The translations under genes and the position numbers were made by a program. Under the pieces are notes generated by a model, which was not told where the DNA came from, made no database searches, and saw only the letters and a program-made list of their open reading frames with translations. DNA of 64,000 bases from the human T2T-CHM13v2.0 reference genome, Homo sapiens, in assembly GCF_009914755.1 (NCBI RefSeq), contig NC_060935.1. One strand, 5' to 3'. Of the stretch, positions 61,675 through 64,000 are shown one piece after another (within the stretch, counting starts at the first letter, position 1; every line of letters starts with the position of its first letter).

Positions 61675-61773
61675 CTTGTCATCAATGGTATCAAATTTGG
61701 TAAGAACAATGCCATCAATGAGCCGAGGTGTCTGAGCCATAGAATGGTCAGCCAAGGCTCTGTTGAACTTGAC
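61675..61773 (-). CDS. SRPRA: SRPRA exon: VKFNRALADH...GIVLTKFDTIDDK
   Basis: G4 motif TKFD; 99 nt; GT-AG boundaries. Confidence 0.97.
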
Positions 61774-61859
61774 CTGGAAAGAAAAAGTGATAGAAGTGTA
61801 AGAACCATCTAAATTGACCAAAGCTCAAGTTGTAAAGGGAACTGGGCCCACGCTCTCAC

Positions 61860-62023
61860 CAGCTGGTCCACGGCTTCATTGCCTACTAAGGCTTCTCCTA
61901 CAAACAGCACCAAATCAGGTGTATTGACAGTAATGAGTTTGGCCAGGGCAGTCATCAGAGGGGCATTGTCTTGCATGCGGCCTGCCGTGTCCACCAGCAC
62001 CACGTCAAAGCCTTGGTTACGTG
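61860..62023 (-). CDS. SRPRA: SRPRA exon: [17 protein letters not shown]...AVDQL
   Basis: G3 motif DTAGR; 164 nt, phase-consistent. Confidence 0.97.
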
Positions 62024-62442
62024 CTAGAGAAAGAAAGTAGTCAACTCTGAACACCTGGACTACCACTCATGCTCGTTCCCAGCTTCCTCTCAAAAAGTCC
62101 TAGTTTGACTACCTGTTCACTGTCTTGGGCTCTGGATTTGGTTCCAAGGTAATGTGAGAAAAACTTGATTATATGCTTGGCCATCACCAAACATATTCAG
62201 GAAAAGGAGGACAACAGGATGAAGGTGACCAAATTCAGGTTTCTCTGGTTAAGGTATATTAGCTTTGCCTGCAACTACATCTGTTACCCAAAAGCAGAGC
62301 ATGGCAAGTAACTGATCTGACTTTTTACTGTAATTGACCAACGAGTCTGTAGTAGCACAAGCCTGATCTTCTGCAAATTCCAAGAGAACCCAAGGAGAAA
62401 AAGGGACCCCAAATAAGCCCCCACACTTCCCATGCACTGTAC

Positions 62443-62656
62443 CAAAAGCAATGGCTTCCATGGCAATGCCAGCAGCATCCTTGCCATAGCCCTTTTCAAA
62501 CAACTGCACCATGGTGCGGCCACCATGCTTCTCTGGAGGGTGTAGGGCACTCAAACGCCGGGTGTGTGTACGCAGCTGCTCCACGGCCCCAGCACGAAAT
62601 GTATCACAGGCAGCAATGAGGACACTGAAGCCATTCTCTAACAACCAGAAGGAAAT
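62443..62656 (-). CDS. SRPRA: SRPRA exon: ISFWLLENG...ACDTFRAGAVEQL...EAIAF
   Basis: SRP-family DTFRAGA motif; 214 nt; GT-AG boundaries. Confidence 0.97.
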
Positions 62657-62751
62657 CTGTGAAAAAGACGTAAGAAAAGTCACCTAAAGCCAGGATTTTG
62701 AGACACAAGAAGTACAGAAATATCAGCGATAGGCTGGGGAACTGCACTGAC

Positions 62752-62924
62752 CTTGGCAAGATTAGTAGATTTCCCCACTCCATTAACGCCGCAGAAGGTG
62801 ACGACATAAGGGCGCTGGCGACGCTGGGCATCCATGATGTCCCGGAGCATGTCTACACGACGCTGTGGCTGCAGAATCTGCACCAGGGACTCCTGTAGGG
62901 CTTGCTTTACTGTGGAAGTCACCG
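62752..62924 (-). CDS. SRPRA: SRPRA exon: VTSTVKQAL...FCGVNGVGKSTNLAK
   Basis: P-loop GVNGVGKST; 173 nt. Confidence 0.97.
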
Positions 62925-63220
62925 CTGAAAGGGGAGGTGGAGGAGGTTGCAGCTGTGAAACTCAAGGAATGCTCTCAAAAATGCCTAACACCTTTCTGAG
63001 CTAAGGGGACTAAAACAGTAAATTAGACTCTTGTCCCAGAAATCCAGAACAGACGCACATTACAAGGACTAACTCACTGAATCCTCTCAATAACCCTTAA
63101 AATCTAGGTTACAGAGGTTTAGAGGTTAAGGAATTTGCCGAAAGTCACATACCTAGTAAGAACTGAGGTCTATGCACTTAACCTACACATAAGCACTTTC
63201 TCACTTAGGTAAGTACTTAC

Positions 63221-63307
63221 TGCTGAACGTCCCCATCACCTTCCCTTCCAACTTGTTGGCAACAGATTCACAGAGCTGGACGGCAATGTCTGCAGCCACG
63301 TTCTTAG
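63221..63307 (-). CDS. SRPRA: SRPRA exon: KNVAADIAVQLCESVANKLEGKVMGTFS
   Basis: N-domain helices; CAG acceptor and GTAAGT donor; 87 nt. Confidence 0.95.
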
Positions 63308-63446
63308 CTGAGGAGAGGGGGACAGGTATGTCAGTTCCATGTCAGCAATGACCAATCTTTATGGTACAGGTGAGAAACGCTAGGTGATTCTGCTCTCAAC
63401 TACCCCTATCCCGCGAGTATGAGTCAGCCCGGTCCTCAGAACTTAC

Positions 63447-63565
63447 CAATGAGATGATCACGCATCTTGTCCAGCACAGATTCCATGTCTTCACGACTCA
63501 AGCTCTTTGAACCCACAAGGCCCTTCAGCATACCAAACATGCCACCCAGTGTTCCCTTGGTCGCA
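63447..63565 (-). CDS. SRPRA: SRPRA exon: ATKGTLGGMFGMLKGLVGSK...RDHLI
   Basis: ORF 63436..63648; GT-AG boundaries; 119 nt. Confidence 0.95.
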
Positions 63566-63670
63566 CTGCAGGGACAGGAGATTACACATACACATAAAAC
63601 CAGTAGGCAGGAGTTGTATCTTACCAGTTTTGCAGATGCATATACCAACCCCCACCTGAAATTCCCCTAC

Positions 63671-63762
63671 CTAGGTTTGGTAGAGTTTTGAGCAGCCCCT
63701 TCGTCATCAGAGCTGCTGCAGTCCAGATCCTGAAGCTGCCCCCCAGACCCAGTCCCTCGAAT
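63671..63762 (-). CDS. SRPRA: SRPRA exon: IRGTGSGGQLQDLDCSSSDDEGAAQNSTKP(S)
   Basis: Linker exon; 92 nt, phase-consistent. Confidence 0.93.
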
Positions 63763-63959
63763 CTGGAAGATACGGGGAAAGGATGTGGGGTCAGGAACAC
63801 TAAGGTCTCTGAGGAAAACGTCCACATTGCTCTATCTCTTTCATTTTGGGAAGCTCCAAGTATAACTTACCCCTCATTCAAATCCCAGTATCACGTTCCC
63901 ACACTCTACTTCCTCCCAATTTGTTGTTAAAGATCACTTTGACCCCTGTTACCTCTTAC

Positions 63960-64000
63960 CAGGTTGATGTCCTCAGACAAGGCAGCCTCAGGGGTTCCAT
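63960..64000 (-). CDS. SRPRA: SRPRA exon (partial, runs off the window): ...GTPEAALSEDINL
   Basis: GTAAG donor at 63959-63955; frame joins the next exon. Confidence 0.9.

Overview
Human genomic DNA, recognisable as the 11q24.2 RPUSD4-FAM118B-SRPRA locus. The coding exons were assembled by hand from GT-AG junctions. RPUSD4 (minus strand) has 7 coding exons, 1134 nt, 377 aa, and is an RluA-family mitochondrial pseudouridine synthase. FAM118B (plus strand) has 9 exons, a 1056-nt CDS and 351 aa; it shares a CpG-island bidirectional promoter with RPUSD4. The last nine exons of SRPRA (SRP receptor alpha GTPase, minus strand) converge tail-to-tail on FAM118B. Introns are dense in Alus and also hold old L1, MER6, MER5, MER3 and MLT remnants, a 3'-truncated U4 retrocopy and an internally deleted 7SL retrocopy. 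The most notable biology is FAM118B. It carries the motifs of SIR2_2-type sirtuins (GTGIS, TTN163FD, IH206G, LFLGCG, no Zn-ribbon), like the NAD-consuming effectors of bacterial anti-phage systems. Several sequence features could restrain its output: a weak start context with a strong out-of-frame downstream AUG, in-frame skippable catalytic exons, and a 9x47-bp VNTR of splice-donor motifs. Several unexplained hairpins and palindromes are also flagged. No wholly new gene system could be supported from sequence alone. Repeat boundaries are approximate (by eye).
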